The notes: generated by a model from the sequence alone, not told the origin. A DNA stretch of 64,000 bases from an uncultured virus (IMG/VR IMGVR_UViG_3300036760_001400) (IMGVR_UViG_3300036760_001400); one strand, 5' to 3'; positions 47,154 through 56,535 are shown, counted from the stretch's first letter. A program made the numbers and translations.

Positions 47154-47212
47154 GCGGTAATTCTACCACCTTACCGATGGCGATAAAAGGCTAAACCCTA
47201 TCCTATCGATGG

Positions 47213-47244
47213 GCCCTGGAGGCCCCATGGAGGGCCTCCAGGGC
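47213..47244. terminator. near-perfect palindrome / terminator hairpin
   Basis: GCCCTGGAGGCCC-N6-GGGCCTCCAGGGC followed by TTTCTTT. Confidence 0.7.
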
Positions 47245-47679
47245 TTTCTTTGTCGGTTTCCCTTCCGATCATCTGACGGATCACCGGGTGACTTTTCCTG
47301 AGTCCAAAGTCGAACAGCCTTGAGAACAGAGGTGCCATCGACCCAAGGAGTTCGAGGAAGAAGGGTGGCGGGCCATCTCCCTTGGCGCGCCAGGAGGAGA
47401 CCATGGTCCAGCCGCCGTTTCCGTCATCATGGATGGCGAAGGAGCGTTCATCCCTGTACCCCCCTTCTCCTTCCGTGGTGACATGGAAACCGGGCTCGCA
47501 GTGAGGGAGAACATCCGGCAGCTGTGAAATCTTCCCAATCACCTCCGCTTCCACGGGAATGACCGTTCGGATCTCCTGGGTGGATGCCTGGGCAAGATCG
47601 AAAAGGAACCCGGAACGATGCCGTTTATGACGTTTTCTAGTTCTCATGACTTCTCTAGTATATACAAGGAGGGAATCCC

Positions 47680-48282
47680 ATGCCCATGATATCAAGCCGT
47701 GATAAAACGCTTCCCCCTCTTCCTGGCGAGAAGAGCCTTGACGTATTCTTCTGTAGCGGTATCAGAGAGAGCAGCAGGAAGGGCTTCGTCCTTATGGCTA
47801 AGGAGCCAGCGGTTGCCAGGGTAAGGACTGCCTACAGCGCCTATACGATCAAGATCCCATGGCATCTTTTTGGAGCCACCCTTCATTTCAATGTTGGGAT
47901 CGGGCTGCTGAAGACAGGACTATGGTTCCTGGACAAGAGGCCGTCTTCTTCCCATAAGAATCTTATCTACAACTGCTCTCTTCCTAACGTTTCAGGCGAT
48001 GGAACCGTCTGTTTTGGGAAAGCCGCTCCGTATTGCATGCTTCCTGTAGGAAAGTACATGGACAGCCTCTACAGTCGGTTCTGGCAGACCCGGTTCAACC
48101 AGGAGATCTATCCCCACTACAACCCATGGAGTCAGGCGGGCATGATGAGTTTCTCGATCGATAGCATGTTCAAGAGGTGGGAGGATGATACGAAGGCTGG
48201 GAGAGACATCTTGTTCAAGCCTAATCCTTACGCAAGAACCATCGAAGACGCTATGTCCAAGCTGGATCACTACTGCTATTGA
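47680..48282 (+). CDS. prokaryotic E2 family D-like protein (paralog 3)
   Basis: IPW...RPSS...IYNCSLPNVSGDGTVCFG...FWQTRFN. Confidence 0.7.
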   Translation: MPMISSRDKTLPPLPGEKSLDVFFCSGIRESSRKGFVLMAKEPAVARVRTAYSAYTIKIPWHLFGATLHFNVGIGLLKTGLWFLDKRPSSSHKNLIYNCSLPNVSGDGTVCFGKAAPYCMLPVGKYMDSLYSRFWQTRFNQEIYPHYNPWSQAGMMSFSIDSMFKRWEDDTKAGRDILFKPNPYARTIEDAMSKLDHYCY

Positions 48283-48312
48283 CGGGCTTGTAATAGATGG
48301 AGCGGGTCATGG

Positions 48313-48903
48313 CTAGAAACTCCCCAAACGGTTCTTGATATAGTCTTCCCTCTTTGAGGGGAGGCAGTGAAGGTAAACCCGAGTGATGTCCATGGAGGAA
48401 TGGCCCATCTGACGGGAGACATAGTCTAGATCCCCCTTCGTCCACTCCAGAAGGTAGATAGCCCTGGAGTGCCTAAGGGAGTAGAGAGTATAGCTCTTGG
48501 CAAGGCCTGCCTTGGCTGCTGCTGCCTTGAACATCCTCCACATCGTAATCCGGGAGAACCCGAACAGCTTGTCCTCAGGCTTCCTGCCTTTTACCCAGGC
48601 CTTGAGATCAGAGGTAAAGTCCTCACTGAGATCCACATCCCTGAAGAAGACTGGGGCCTTCCCGGTCTCCTCGTCCTTCTTCTGCTTGATCGTCTGGACG
48701 TGGACCCGGTTCTCCCCAGGATAGAACCCTCTAATAGGCAGGTGAACGCTCTCAGTAGGCCTGAGACCCGTATTGGCCATGAACTTTAGGAACCGATGAC
48801 TATCCTCTCGTAGTTTCTTGGCTGCCACCAGGAGAGCGTCAATCTCGTCTTTTACGAGGTACTTATCCCTGTCTGGAGGCCTGTAGCTTACGGTTCCTGG
48901 CAT
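48313..48903 (-). CDS. tyrosine recombinase/integrase (catalytic domain only)
   Basis: TGLRPTE, K, YSLRHSRA, MGHSS, TRVY; the likely start ATG 48903 lies 7 nt after TATAAT. Confidence 0.88.
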   Translation of the reverse strand: MPGTVSYRPPDRDKYLVKDEIDALLVAAKKLREDSHRFLKFMANTGLRPTESVHLPIRGFYPGENRVHVQTIKQKKDEETGKAPVFFRDVDLSEDFTSDLKAWVKGRKPEDKLFGFSRITMWRMFKAAAAKAGLAKSYTLYSLRHSRAIYLLEWTKGDLDYVSRQMGHSSMDITRVYLHCLPSKREDYIKNRLGSF

Positions 48904-48931
48904 GTGAGGCATTATACCCAAGGGGCTAGTT

Positions 48932-48956
48932 TGAAACAATCTATCAGATTGTTTCA
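48932..48956. promoter_or_regulatory. inverted-repeat operator between divergent recombinase and wHTH genes
   Basis: TGAAACAATCT-ATC-AGATTGTTTCA overlapping the putative -35 of the recombinase promoter. Confidence 0.7.
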
Positions 48957-49018
48957 CACGATGGTGGAACAACATATGTATTTCCACTACATGCCTATGT
49001 TCCACGGTCTCTTTTACC

Positions 49019-49417
49019 ATGGAGGAACGCATGCTATACTCCCCCTCAGAGCCTGTTAGGAGCCTCCGGATGCCCCTAGGATACCTGCAGAAGCCTGATG
49101 AGTGGGGAGTCGAATGGCGTGCTGTTCTGTCGCTTCTGGCGGCACGCCAGCGCCTTACCCCAAGGGAAGCAGCGACGGAACTGTGTCTTGGGAAGGACAT
49201 TGAGACCGTAGAGTACCGTGGATCCAACCGGAGGGAGGTCCGGAGGATCAGGAATACAGGCCCTTCAGAAGCGAACGTCAGACTTCGCCGACTTGCTTCC
49301 TGGGGGATGGCCTACCGTGAGAAAGGTAGGGGTGGCCAGAATGTCTATGTAATCTCCCCCTACGGGCTGGAAGTTGATAAGAACCCTCCCAAGACCAATA
49401 GGAAGGCAAAGAAGTAA
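49019..49417 (+). CDS. winged-helix DNA-binding protein
   Basis: LTPREAA...ANVRLRRLASWGMAYR...VYVISPYG. Confidence 0.7.
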   Translation: MEERMLYSPSEPVRSLRMPLGYLQKPDEWGVEWRAVLSLLAARQRLTPREAATELCLGKDIETVEYRGSNRREVRRIRNTGPSEANVRLRRLASWGMAYREKGRGGQNVYVISPYGLEVDKNPPKTNRKAKK

Positions 49418-49491
49418 GCCCTCATAGCTCAACGGTAGAGCAGCCAGTCTGTACCTGGTTGACGCGGGCTCGACACCTGCTGAGGGCTCCA
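49418..49491 (+). tRNA. tRNA-Thr(TGT), atypical
   Basis: Acceptor GCCCTCA/TGAGGGC-T-CCA, D arm GCTC/GAGC, anticodon arm GCCAG-TCTGTAC-CTGGT, T arm GCGGG-CTCGACA-CCTGC. Confidence 0.8.
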
Positions 49492-49521
49492 TTTAACCCT
49501 GTATCTATGAAAGGAGATCCC

Positions 49522-50448
49522 ATGCTTTTACATGCCTCGAGCGGCTATCACTACATTCACGTTTTCCCGGACGACGTTGACCTGAGAAAGATCAAGGAGT
49601 GCTACACCCTCCTTTTCCTTCAAGACGTACCTAGCTGGATGAGCGTTGTCGATATGGACAAGTTCAATATGAGCTCTCTTGAGGCCAGGGATAACTTCAT
49701 CATCTTCTGGAAGCGCCTCCCGCCCTGGCTTCCCATGAAATGCGAGGCCAGGATCGCCCTCCAGTACATCGGCCCCTTTGATGACAAGGGAATGCTTATC
49801 CAGGATATGGCCTCCGTAGAAAGAGCCATCAAGAACCAGATGAGCTACGCCAGCGCCCTTCTTACCTCAGACATTTACAACAAGAAAACGTTCTCTCGTA
49901 TGGGAATACCGGTGTGCGACTCACCCGTAGGAAGTTACAAGGAACTCTTTGCCTTTAAGGGCCATCCCTCACCCAAGAAGCTCAGTGAAAGGAAATTTAC
50001 CACCACGACCTATGGACCGCTCTTTGGGCATAGGAGAAAGGTCCACGACTTCCTTTCTAAACACATCGCGCCGGGCAAGTACTTTCACTATGACGGGCCT
50101 CCTGAATTCCTTCCTGAGATTCTCTCGGAATCAAGGTCGGTCCTTTACATTACGGAACCATCGGAACCCATCCATCCAGTCCATATCATGGAGTGCGCCT
50201 ACAACGGTGCAGTCTTTCTCTCGTCTTCCGATAACGTTTACCCGCTTGATCAAATGGAGAATGGACCCTATCAGGTCTTCAAAAGACCTGACACCTTCAT
50301 GAGTTCTCTCAATGCAATGAAGGTTTTCCTGCTTGACGAATCACTGGCACATCAGGAAGCTCAAGTAAAGAAGTGGGTAAACAGGGTATCCAGGTTGCAT
50401 CCTGGGTCCGTGATGGAGGAGTATGTCATCCCAGCCAGCGGGAACTAG
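49522..50448 (+). CDS. divergent GT-B glycosyltransferase-like protein
   Basis: AAGGAG SD; YG....R, ILSESRSVLYI...IMECAYNGAVFLS resembles the CgeB-type C-terminal lobe. Confidence 0.45.
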   Translation: MLLHASSGYHYIHVFPDDVDLRKIKECYTLLFLQDVPSWMSVVDMDKFNMSSLEARDNFIIFWKRLPPWLPMKCEARIALQYIGPFDDKGMLIQDMASVERAIKNQMSYASALLTSDIYNKKTFSRMGIPVCDSPVGSYKELFAFKGHPSPKKLSERKFTTTTYGPLFGHRRKVHDFLSKHIAPGKYFHYDGPPEFLPEILSESRSVLYITEPSEPIHPVHIMECAYNGAVFLSSSDNVYPLDQMENGPYQVFKRPDTFMSSLNAMKVFLLDESLAHQEAQVKKWVNRVSRLHPGSVMEEYVIPASGN

Positions 50449-50469
50449 CAACGATAAGGAGGGAGAGAA

Positions 50470-50670
50470 GTGAATCCTTTGAGGATCCTTGGAATCATGG
50501 TGATCGGAATGCTTTTGATCTCCGTTACAACCGGGACTGCACGGGAATTTGGGAGATTCATGGGCTGCGAGATCGCCTATACGTCCGCGGAGCTTGCCGC
50601 GAGCTTCCTGTCCGGCGGCCTGGTCGTCATCCTCTACAGGAACCGTCTTTCCGGGAGGAGGAAGCCATGA
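50470..50670 (+). CDS. small two-helix membrane protein
   Basis: Two hydrophobic segments, basic tail. Confidence 0.55.
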   Translation: MNPLRILGIMVIGMLLISVTTGTAREFGRFMGCEIAYTSAELAASFLSGGLVVILYRNRLSGRRKP

Positions 50671-50723
50671 TGCTACCGAACGAACAGGTCAATTCTCTAG
50701 TCCAGTGGAAATAGGAGAATTCT

Positions 50724-51218
50724 ATGCTATCCATTCCGGAAGGATGTTATCTCGTCGTCTTCATGCCTTGCGATACCGAAGAGTATATGGGCTATGAGCC
50801 CAAGGCATGGGTCGTCAAGAGCTTCGAAATCGCGCTCCATAGCATCAGGGAATTCATTGATAGCGGTGACTTCATCCCTGAGATCGACTGCCGATTCGAG
50901 ATCTTTGATGATCAGCTCAACGCCAGTGGACAACAGGAGGTATTCGAGGACATGGTATCAGAAGCCATCCTCTCGTCAGATCGTACCGGGCTGGATGCCG
51001 AGCTCGATTCGATCCGTAATCCATCAGGCACAAAAGATGTCGGAGATCTGTGGGATGTCGAAGGTACCGTAGCCAAGTGGGGCCCTCAAAATAAGGTCGA
51101 GATCAAGGAAGAAAAGGAAGCTAAAGCATCGGCTGAACCTGAAGAAGTAAAGGAAGAGGTCAAGGAAGAGTCTTTGGAATCAAAACAAGAGGATCTTACG
51201 ATCGAGGATACTCGTTAA
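50724..51218 (+). CDS. acidic hypothetical protein
   Basis: AGGAG SD; followed by a GC hairpin at ~51235-51284. Confidence 0.55.
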   Translation: MLSIPEGCYLVVFMPCDTEEYMGYEPKAWVVKSFEIALHSIREFIDSGDFIPEIDCRFEIFDDQLNASGQQEVFEDMVSEAILSSDRTGLDAELDSIRNPSGTKDVGDLWDVEGTVAKWGPQNKVEIKEEKEAKASAEPEEVKEEVKEESLESKQEDLTIEDTR

Positions 51219-51297
51219 CTCTGCCATGGGAACCGGGCCCGGGGCGCACCTTCCCTGCGGGAAGGGCGCCCCGTGGCCCTTTTAAGGGAGGCTAACA

Positions 51298-51558
51298 ATG
51301 CACGATGATGAGATAAAGGCTTTGAAGTTCCAGGTCAGCGAGTTACAGAAGAAACTAAGCCAGATCAAGGAAGCTGTCTGCCTGGAGTGCAGCGGCTCAG
51401 GGGAAATCGGGCTCGCTGATGGGGAAGTACCGTGCCCTGTATGCAGCGGATCCGGAGACCCGACAAAGCCTGGCGTATTCAGAACGGAAAAGAGGTATCA
51501 CGAACACCCTCTCTGCGCCGCCTGTTTTCGGCAACACGAAGGACAATGTGAAGGATAG
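51298..51558 (+). CDS. DnaJ-type CxxCxGxG zinc-finger protein
   Basis: CLECSGSG...CPVCSGSG. Confidence 0.65.
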   Translation: MHDDEIKALKFQVSELQKKLSQIKEAVCLECSGSGEIGLADGEVPCPVCSGSGDPTKPGVFRTEKRYHEHPLCAACFRQHEGQCEG

Positions 51559-51785
51559 ATCATGAGCAAAAGAATGAAGCCGGTGAAAGTCCCAAACATT
51601 CTCCCATGCGGATGCATGGCGTTTGGAACAAAACTCAAGGTCAATCGGGAATCCATCACTATCATGAACGGACGCAAGGTATGCCGTCATGGAAGCGTCT
51701 GGGATCTCTCCTGGGTCATGACAGGCTGGATCAAATCCAAAGTAGGCCGTCCCAGAGGGCCCTATAAGGACAAGGAGGCAAAAAG

Positions 51786-52382
51786 ATGATTGTCTGGTTC
51801 ACTTCGGACCAGCACTGGGGACACGCGAACGTCATTCGCTACACGAACCGTCCATTCACGACGGCAGACGAGATGGGGGAGACGTTCATCGAGAACTGGA
51901 ACAAATCCGTCAAGCCCGGTGACATGGTCTACCACCTTGGGGACTTTGCCTTCCTAAAGCCTGACGCAGTCCCCAACCTCGTCAAGCGTCTTCATGGACA
52001 AATCCACCTTATCCGCGGGAATCATGACCGCTTCCTGAAGGATAAGCATCGCGAATACGGGTTCGCGTGGATTGGGGAGTACAGGGAAATCAAGATCGCG
52101 GACCAGAAGGCCATCCTGTGTCACTACCCGTTTATGACCTGGAACGGGCGTCATCACGGGAGCTGGGATCTGCATGGACACTCCCACGGAAGCCTTCCGA
52201 AGGACATGATGTCCAAGCGGCTTGATATAGGAGTGGACGCGGTCGCTGACCTCCTGTCTCTGGATGGAATACGGCATCCGATGGATTACCGGCCCATCTC
52301 TTACGATGAAGTAGCCGCTCAAATGGAGAAACGTGGAATCGGCATTGTCGATGGTCATGAAGCCAGAAAGGATGAAGAATGA
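51786..52382 (+). CDS. calcineurin-like metallophosphoesterase
   Basis: TSDQH, HLGD, GNHD, HYP, HGHSH. Confidence 0.92.
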   Translation: MIVWFTSDQHWGHANVIRYTNRPFTTADEMGETFIENWNKSVKPGDMVYHLGDFAFLKPDAVPNLVKRLHGQIHLIRGNHDRFLKDKHREYGFAWIGEYREIKIADQKAILCHYPFMTWNGRHHGSWDLHGHSHGSLPKDMMSKRLDIGVDAVADLLSLDGIRHPMDYRPISYDEVAAQMEKRGIGIVDGHEARKDEE

Positions 52383-52642
52383 TCAAACAGGAGATAAAGA
52401 TAATCGAGGCCAAGTGCGACGCTTGCGGAGAAAGCCTTTCGTTCAAAGATGGGTCTTTCAACTACCTTAACTACGCCACCCTCAAGCACAGCTTTGGATT
52501 TGGATCGCCTCTGGATGATACGCCGGGCCCAAGCTACGATCTCTGTGAGCTGTGCTGGAAAAAGGCCATGAAGGCACTCGGTACATGGAGAAAATATGTA
52601 CACGAGTATCATGATGGAATGGAACCAAAGCTTGAGGTGTAG
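52379..52642 (+). CDS. zinc-ribbon protein
   Basis: CDAC...FGFGS..D...DLCELC. Confidence 0.6.
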   Translation: MIKQEIKIIEAKCDACGESLSFKDGSFNYLNYATLKHSFGFGSPLDDTPGPSYDLCELCWKKAMKALGTWRKYVHEYHDGMEPKLEV

Positions 52643-52750
52643 CCATGGAACTGTACGACTGCCCCATCTGCGGTGAGCTCGGGCATCCATGCGGCTGAGG
52701 GGATCCTGATGAGGTCGAGGAGGACTTCGACGAGGAAAGGAGACTTTAGA

Positions 52751-53260
52751 GTGGCACTTCAGAAGATTGTATCCGGAGGGCAAACAGGAAGTGATCGCGG
52801 AGGCCTGAATGCAGCCATCGCCCTCGATCTAAAGCATGGGGGCTACTGTCCCAAGGGTCGTAGAGCTGAAGACGGAGTCATCCCGCCCCAGTACAAGCTC
52901 AAGGAAACCGTTTCCTCGGAATACCCTGTCCGTACAGCCATGAACGTCATCCAATCTGACGGAACGGTTGTCTTTACCTACGGGACTCCGAAACGCGGAA
53001 GCGCTCTCACCCTGGGCTTGTGCAAGAAGAACAAGAAACCGGTTCTTCACATTGATCTCCTGGCATTCACGGACCGTGAGGATGCGGACCTTCTTCGGAA
53101 CTGGATCAAGAAGGAAAACATCCGCGCCCTCAATGTAGCCGGGAGTCGAGAATCCACGTGTCCTGGAATCCAAACGGTGGTCGAAAGGATCATCATTCTC
53201 GCGTGCTCTGATGTCTTGCGGAATCCAGGCACTTTACGTGATGGGACACTTCGAAAGTGA
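52751..53260 (+). CDS. putative molybdenum-carrier / SLOG-family protein
   Basis: KIVSGGQTGSDRGGL, GGYCPKGRRAEDG, RT..NV..SDGT, LNVAGSRES. Confidence 0.88.
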   Translation: MALQKIVSGGQTGSDRGGLNAAIALDLKHGGYCPKGRRAEDGVIPPQYKLKETVSSEYPVRTAMNVIQSDGTVVFTYGTPKRGSALTLGLCKKNKKPVLHIDLLAFTDREDADLLRNWIKKENIRALNVAGSRESTCPGIQTVVERIIILACSDVLRNPGTLRDGTLRK

Positions 53261-53267
53261 GGAAGAA

Positions 53268-53867
53268 ATGGGAGATAAGATTCGAACGCTGATTCTAAAC
53301 AAAAACGAATGGGACATCTGTACGGAAGGACTGGATCGGGGGATGGAAGCCTGCCTCTATCATTCCAGCTCTCCTTCCAAGTATCCATGCTTCATCATCA
53401 GCACTTTGATGGAGGAACCTTTCTCGACACCCTGGTGGAGTCACTTCATCGTGACTGCGGACACCATCAACCAGGATCCGAACATCCTTCAGTACATGAG
53501 CCAGGAAGAAGTCCGTCTGTTGGAGATCGCCTCCCGTGAGAATACGGGCAAACAGGTCCTGGTAAGCCCGCTTCGAGAGGTGGAGATTCTCGATGCCATC
53601 GGCGGCCTTGTGGATGGGAAAGGTGACGATGAGCTTGTGCATAGCTCCTTGGTAGATGGAGCGATCTCCGCTATCGATGATGAAAGGAAACAGTGGAATG
53701 CGTGGTGGAACAGGATCGATGAACTCAAGGAAAGGCAGGACACGATAAATTCCATTGTAAGCAAACCCGATGATTGTGCGTCCATGAAATTCATTGAGGA
53801 GAAGGTAAGTGAAGAAGAAGAAAAAGAAGCTCTCCAGGGTTGGCCTAACGATCTCGGCGGGGACTAA
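53268..53867 (+). CDS. hypothetical protein
   Basis: GAGG SD before ATG 53268. Confidence 0.5.
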   Translation: MGDKIRTLILNKNEWDICTEGLDRGMEACLYHSSSPSKYPCFIISTLMEEPFSTPWWSHFIVTADTINQDPNILQYMSQEEVRLLEIASRENTGKQVLVSPLREVEILDAIGGLVDGKGDDELVHSSLVDGAISAIDDERKQWNAWWNRIDELKERQDTINSIVSKPDDCASMKFIEEKVSEEEEKEALQGWPNDLGGD

Positions 53868-54522
53868 AGTCTCCAAAGAGAAAGTCTATGAGTTGAAAAG
53901 AGGTCCATGCTCATCCAGAAGCGAGAGCCTGTCTATGGAGTTTTCAGACCTCCACTACGGTGTGACTTACGTATGCTCCAGACGCGGGGAAGCGCTTGGC
54001 GTATGCACCGCGCATAGTCACCCATCGGGACAATGCTGCGCCTGGATCGGAGGCTCCGACTTATTCGAGATCAGAGGAAGGAATGGAGGCCTTGGAGCCT
54101 CCTTGGGCACAAAAGCTGATCTTAAGAAATCGTGCCAAGACTGCAAGAAGAGCGGCGTCAGAAGAAACGGCAAAGCGGATTTCATCTGCAAGGTGAACGG
54201 TAAGCACTACTGTGCCATGCATGCCCATGACTTCGAGAAGCAGTGCTGCACATTTATCGATGTATTCAAGGATACGTTCTCCGGTAAGACGGAACTGTCC
54301 CTTGATCACGAGGACATGGATTCGGATGAACTCCTCTGCGAGAAAAAGAGATGCAAGGGGAAAAATCCAGACTGGTTCTGCGACAAGGCGGACAAGTGGT
54401 ACTGCAGCGGCTGCCAACATGGAAATACGAAAGAAGGAAGCGAGTGCTGCAGATATCACGGAGAGGACGCGGATGAATCCGGGAAACCTCCCAAGGTGGT
54501 AAAGTTTGCAACGATTGATTGA
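53809..54522 (+). CDS. Cys/His-rich protein with B-box-like repeats
   Basis: Three C-x6-8-C-x2-(H/C)-x-H...CC repeats; start uncertain. Confidence 0.55.
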   Translation: MKKKKKKLSRVGLTISAGTKVSKEKVYELKRGPCSSRSESLSMEFSDLHYGVTYVCSRRGEALGVCTAHSHPSGQCCAWIGGSDLFEIRGRNGGLGASLGTKADLKKSCQDCKKSGVRRNGKADFICKVNGKHYCAMHAHDFEKQCCTFIDVFKDTFSGKTELSLDHEDMDSDELLCEKKRCKGKNPDWFCDKADKWYCSGCQHGNTKEGSECCRYHGEDADESGKPPKVVKFATID

Positions 54523-54532
54523 TGGAGAATCA

Positions 54533-55417
54533 ATGCCAAACAATGGACACGGTAACGATTCCTGCTTCCGATGTGGATCCAGGTTCATCTACTACAACTG
54601 CACGCAGCTCGGTAAGAAGCTGTGTGCCATTCACGCTCACGGAGATTCGCTGGCACGTTTGAGCTGCTGTACGTACAGCCTGGCCCCGCTGAATTCAGGG
54701 GTGGTTCCAAACAAGCCAATCGCTCCTTTAACGGAGCCGGCATCCAGCTTCTGCACGATGTGCGAAGGCAACTATACCGAGATGTCGACAACCCACCGGT
54801 ACCAGACCTGCCCCTACTTCAACGGGTGCAGCAAGTGCGGAATGGATCAGGCGCTCGCCAGGCATGTGAAGGTCTGCAGCGGGTTCCCCTCCTTCATATC
54901 CCATGACTGCGTCATGTGCGGATGCAAGTTCAGGGGATCCAGCCTGGATCACCGGTCCAGCTGCGCGTACTACAAAGGGTGCCCCATCTGCGGAGGCAAG
55001 TTCTTCGCTGCGGACCATATCTCCGATTGCAGGAAGAAGGCGGTTTCCGAAAGCATGAGCTCGGAAGAAACGCTGATGTATCTCTGCGAGTCATGCGACA
55101 AGTTCATCCATGGAGACATATTCTCTGATCACACCAGGATGTGCCGAAAGCTCGGAGCCATCATTGACGGCGTCGTTTCCGTCAGGGAAACAAGGGAGGC
55201 TTCGGACAAGAGTGAAGCGAGAAAGTCCGAATGCTTCTGGTGTGGGGAGAACATCGTCAGCGAGTATCTGGAAAGTCACATGGATCGGTGCAGAAAGAAA
55301 GTGGCCGAGAGGTTCGAGCGCACGGGTCAGTTGAAACCTGCGGGAGAACCGGATCTCGTGGATAACAGGCCAAAACCAGGTGAGAAGGTGGTCAAGTTCA
55401 AGGAGGACGAGCCATGA
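54533..55417 (+). CDS. multi zinc-finger protein (B-box-like plus C2HC repeats)
   Basis: GGAG SD; six CxxC...HxxxC fingers. Confidence 0.65.
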   Translation: MPNNGHGNDSCFRCGSRFIYYNCTQLGKKLCAIHAHGDSLARLSCCTYSLAPLNSGVVPNKPIAPLTEPASSFCTMCEGNYTEMSTTHRYQTCPYFNGCSKCGMDQALARHVKVCSGFPSFISHDCVMCGCKFRGSSLDHRSSCAYYKGCPICGGKFFAADHISDCRKKAVSESMSSEETLMYLCESCDKFIHGDIFSDHTRMCRKLGAIIDGVVSVRETREASDKSEARKSECFWCGENIVSEYLESHMDRCRKKVAERFERTGQLKPAGEPDLVDNRPKPGEKVVKFKEDEP

Positions 55418-56157
55418 CACCCGATGTAATGGGAGACGCGATGCACCAGGAGGCAAAGGGCAGTTCATTCTGTATCTTCTGCGGAAACAGAAGCGGTAAC
55501 CATCACCTGTTCTGCAGAAGCAGGGATGCTGCGGAAAAGAATGGTGTGAAAAGTCTCCTGGATTCCAATCAGATCATTTCCAAAGTTCAGGGAGAATTTC
55601 CAATGAGCATCGACGGCCTTATCATGCGGTCAGCCAAGGTTGCATCCGAAGCCCACAAGGATCAGGTGAGGAAGTATTCGGAAAGCCCTTACATCTACCA
55701 CCCGATGCGAGTGGCCGGCCGTGTTACGCTTCTGATGGGATCGACACCCATCGAAGTATCGTCAGCGTGGCTTCACGATGTCATGGAGGACTCGAAAATG
55801 AGCAGGGAGGATCTCCTGGACCGCGGGATCCCACAGGCTGTGATCGAGAACGTGATGTCCCTTTCCAACCCATCGCGCTTCCACAAGGAAAAGGCCAGAG
55901 CGGAACGGAAGCTGATGGACCGTGAGTGGCTCTCCAGCCAGTCGATTTGGGTGAAGAAGATCAAGATGGCCGACCGGATCGACAATCTCTTCGAGCTCTC
56001 CTTCGAGGACGCGAAGTTCATGGCTCTTTATGTCAAGGAGTCTGAACTCCTGGCTGAGGCGATCGGAAGTGCGGACGTCAACCTGAAGGAAGAAATCCTC
56101 GCGCTCACGAAGTACTATGTGAGCGAATTGGAACGAGTGGCAAGGGAGGCGGTATAG
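55414..56157 (+). CDS. Mesh1/SpoT-type HD hydrolase (small alarmone hydrolase-like)
   Basis: AH.DQVRK...PYIYHP.RVA, AWLHDVMED, IKMADRIDNL. Confidence 0.88.
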   Translation: MTPDVMGDAMHQEAKGSSFCIFCGNRSGNHHLFCRSRDAAEKNGVKSLLDSNQIISKVQGEFPMSIDGLIMRSAKVASEAHKDQVRKYSESPYIYHPMRVAGRVTLLMGSTPIEVSSAWLHDVMEDSKMSREDLLDRGIPQAVIENVMSLSNPSRFHKEKARAERKLMDREWLSSQSIWVKKIKMADRIDNLFELSFEDAKFMALYVKESELLAEAIGSADVNLKEEILALTKYYVSELERVAREAV

Positions 56158-56205
56158 CCATGGGAGATCGATGCTACCGGAACGGTACTTGAAGGGGAGC
56201 GGAAA

Positions 56206-56535
56206 ATGAAAAGCGCGCTCGTTGGAATGAACGCAAGAAGAGCCGGGTTTGCCCTGTCAGCGATCAAGAGCTTCTGCAGAACAACCGGACTCAATCTCAA
56301 GGAGGATGGGTTTGAAACAGCTGCTGGCGATCTTCTGGGCGATCTCATGCACCTGTGTGTCGAACGGGGAAAGGACTTTCATGATCTCGTGGACGTTGCC
56401 GGCCGATACTACCAGTTTGAAGTAAGCCAGACGTGCGAAAAGTGCAAAAGGAAGTTTGACGCGGAGGCTGATGCCGTCGAGAATGAAAACATCTGTATCG
56501 AGTGTGAAAAGGAGGAGGAACATGGGCCTCCATAA
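56206..56535 (+). CDS. hypothetical protein with C-terminal zinc ribbon
   Basis: DLLGDLMHLC motif; CEKC...CIEC. Confidence 0.55.
   Translation: MKSALVGMNARRAGFALSAIKSFCRTTGLNLKEDGFETAAGDLLGDLMHLCVERGKDFHDLVDVAGRYYQFEVSQTCEKCKRKFDAEADAVENENICIECEKEEEHGPP

Noticed and set aside
48904..49227. N-terminal extension of the recombinase in the ORF track
   Set aside because: It overlaps the divergent wHTH gene and the promoter/operator region; the start at 48903 fits better
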